Virus record (IMG/VR): IMGVR_UViG_3300011335_000256
Coordinates: 1-55,456 of that record
Length of the DNA stretch: 55,456 nt
DNA from: a virus
Lineage: Duplodnaviria; Caudoviricetes
Direction: 5' to 3' (one strand)
Positions within the stretch are counted from its first letter, which is position 1, and the number at the start of each line of letters is the position of its first letter. The translations under genes were made by a program, and so were the position numbers. Below the pieces are notes generated by a model, which did not search any database, was not told the DNA's origin, and worked only from the letters and a program-made list of their open reading frames with translations. Positions 55,117-55,456 of this stretch are shown here, in pieces.

Positions 55117-55456
55117 CAGCGTTTCCCGGCTGGCACCGCATCTAGTCGCATCACCCCAACCCGCCAATCACTCAAAGTATCGGCTGTTACCTTCATCTTG
55201 ACCTGGCGTCCACTGAACCGTGCGTCGGTTGGGTTGGCGCTGGTGAATGGACCGTAGGTTGTCTCTGTGTCGGTTGGATAGAAACGGCTGCTGAAGCTGA
55301 TGTTGACATCCCCAAGGTTGGACTCGTCAGGTATCACCTTGCGAACCTGCATGATCTGCTCACCATTGCCAATCTCCACCGGACCTGACTCAGCGTAAAT
55401 TGTCTGTGAGTCGTAGGCAAAGCCCACCTCATGCTCGTAGATGTAACCGTCAGCAC
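55116..55456 (-). CDS. Tail nozzle protein, 3' part (truncated by window end)
   Basis: Identical to 20675-21015. Confidence 0.7.
   Translation of the reverse strand, partial: ADGYIYEHEVGFAYDSQTIYAESGPVEIGNGEQIMQVRKVIPDESNLGDVNISFSSRFYPTDTETTYGPFTSANPTDARFSGRQVKMKVTADTLSDWRVGVMRLDAVPAGKR

Larger units (their letters stand above)
45881..55456. repeat. Copy 2 of the 9.6-kb direct repeat (runs to window end)
   Basis: Identical ORF translations to 11440-21015. Confidence 0.97.

Noticed and set aside
45881-55456. 9.6-kb repeat as a genuine long terminal repeat
   Set aside because: It is cut by the window edge mid-gene and covers late structural genes; circular over-run or a concatemer is more parsimonious

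Overview
The window is entirely phage DNA and appears to hold two different phages joined in one contig. Segment A (1 to ~11,440, + strand) is the replication and DNA-modification arm of a Queuovirinae-like phage. It encodes a Cas4-like exonuclease, an SF2 helicase, a complete 7-deazaguanine cluster (queC, queE, queD-like, folE, dpdA, queF), a beta-clamp-like protein and a family-B DNA polymerase, followed by a promoter and small accessory ORFs. The true QueF reductase predicts dPreQ1-modified DNA. QueC and QueD have lost canonical Zn ligands. Segment B (~11,440 to 55,456) is a complete 34,441-bp podovirus-like genome plus 9.6 kb of the same genome read again: 11,440-21,015 equals 45,881-55,456 by eye and by identical ORF translations. 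B encodes terminase, portal, scaffold, capsid, tail fibre, lysis and ejection proteins, a primase-helicase, a DUF2800 nuclease, a RuvC-like resolvase and a Cro-like regulator; I see no integrase. A and B meet inside a syntenic set of small accessory genes that both carry as diverged alleles. These genes appear to be shuffled through short shared linker repeats (ALFFMAGYLT/ATGA and AAQPEQQAEPVA). Other notable features are three perfect DnaA boxes in the terS-terL gap, an iteron/hairpin origin after the primase-helicase, two glycosyltransferases inside the head module, a stand-alone ADP-ribosyltransferase-like ejection protein, a shared TATACCnGTATA palindrome in A, and a long structured leader before the exonuclease. 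All calls come from motif recognition by eye; no database searches were run.
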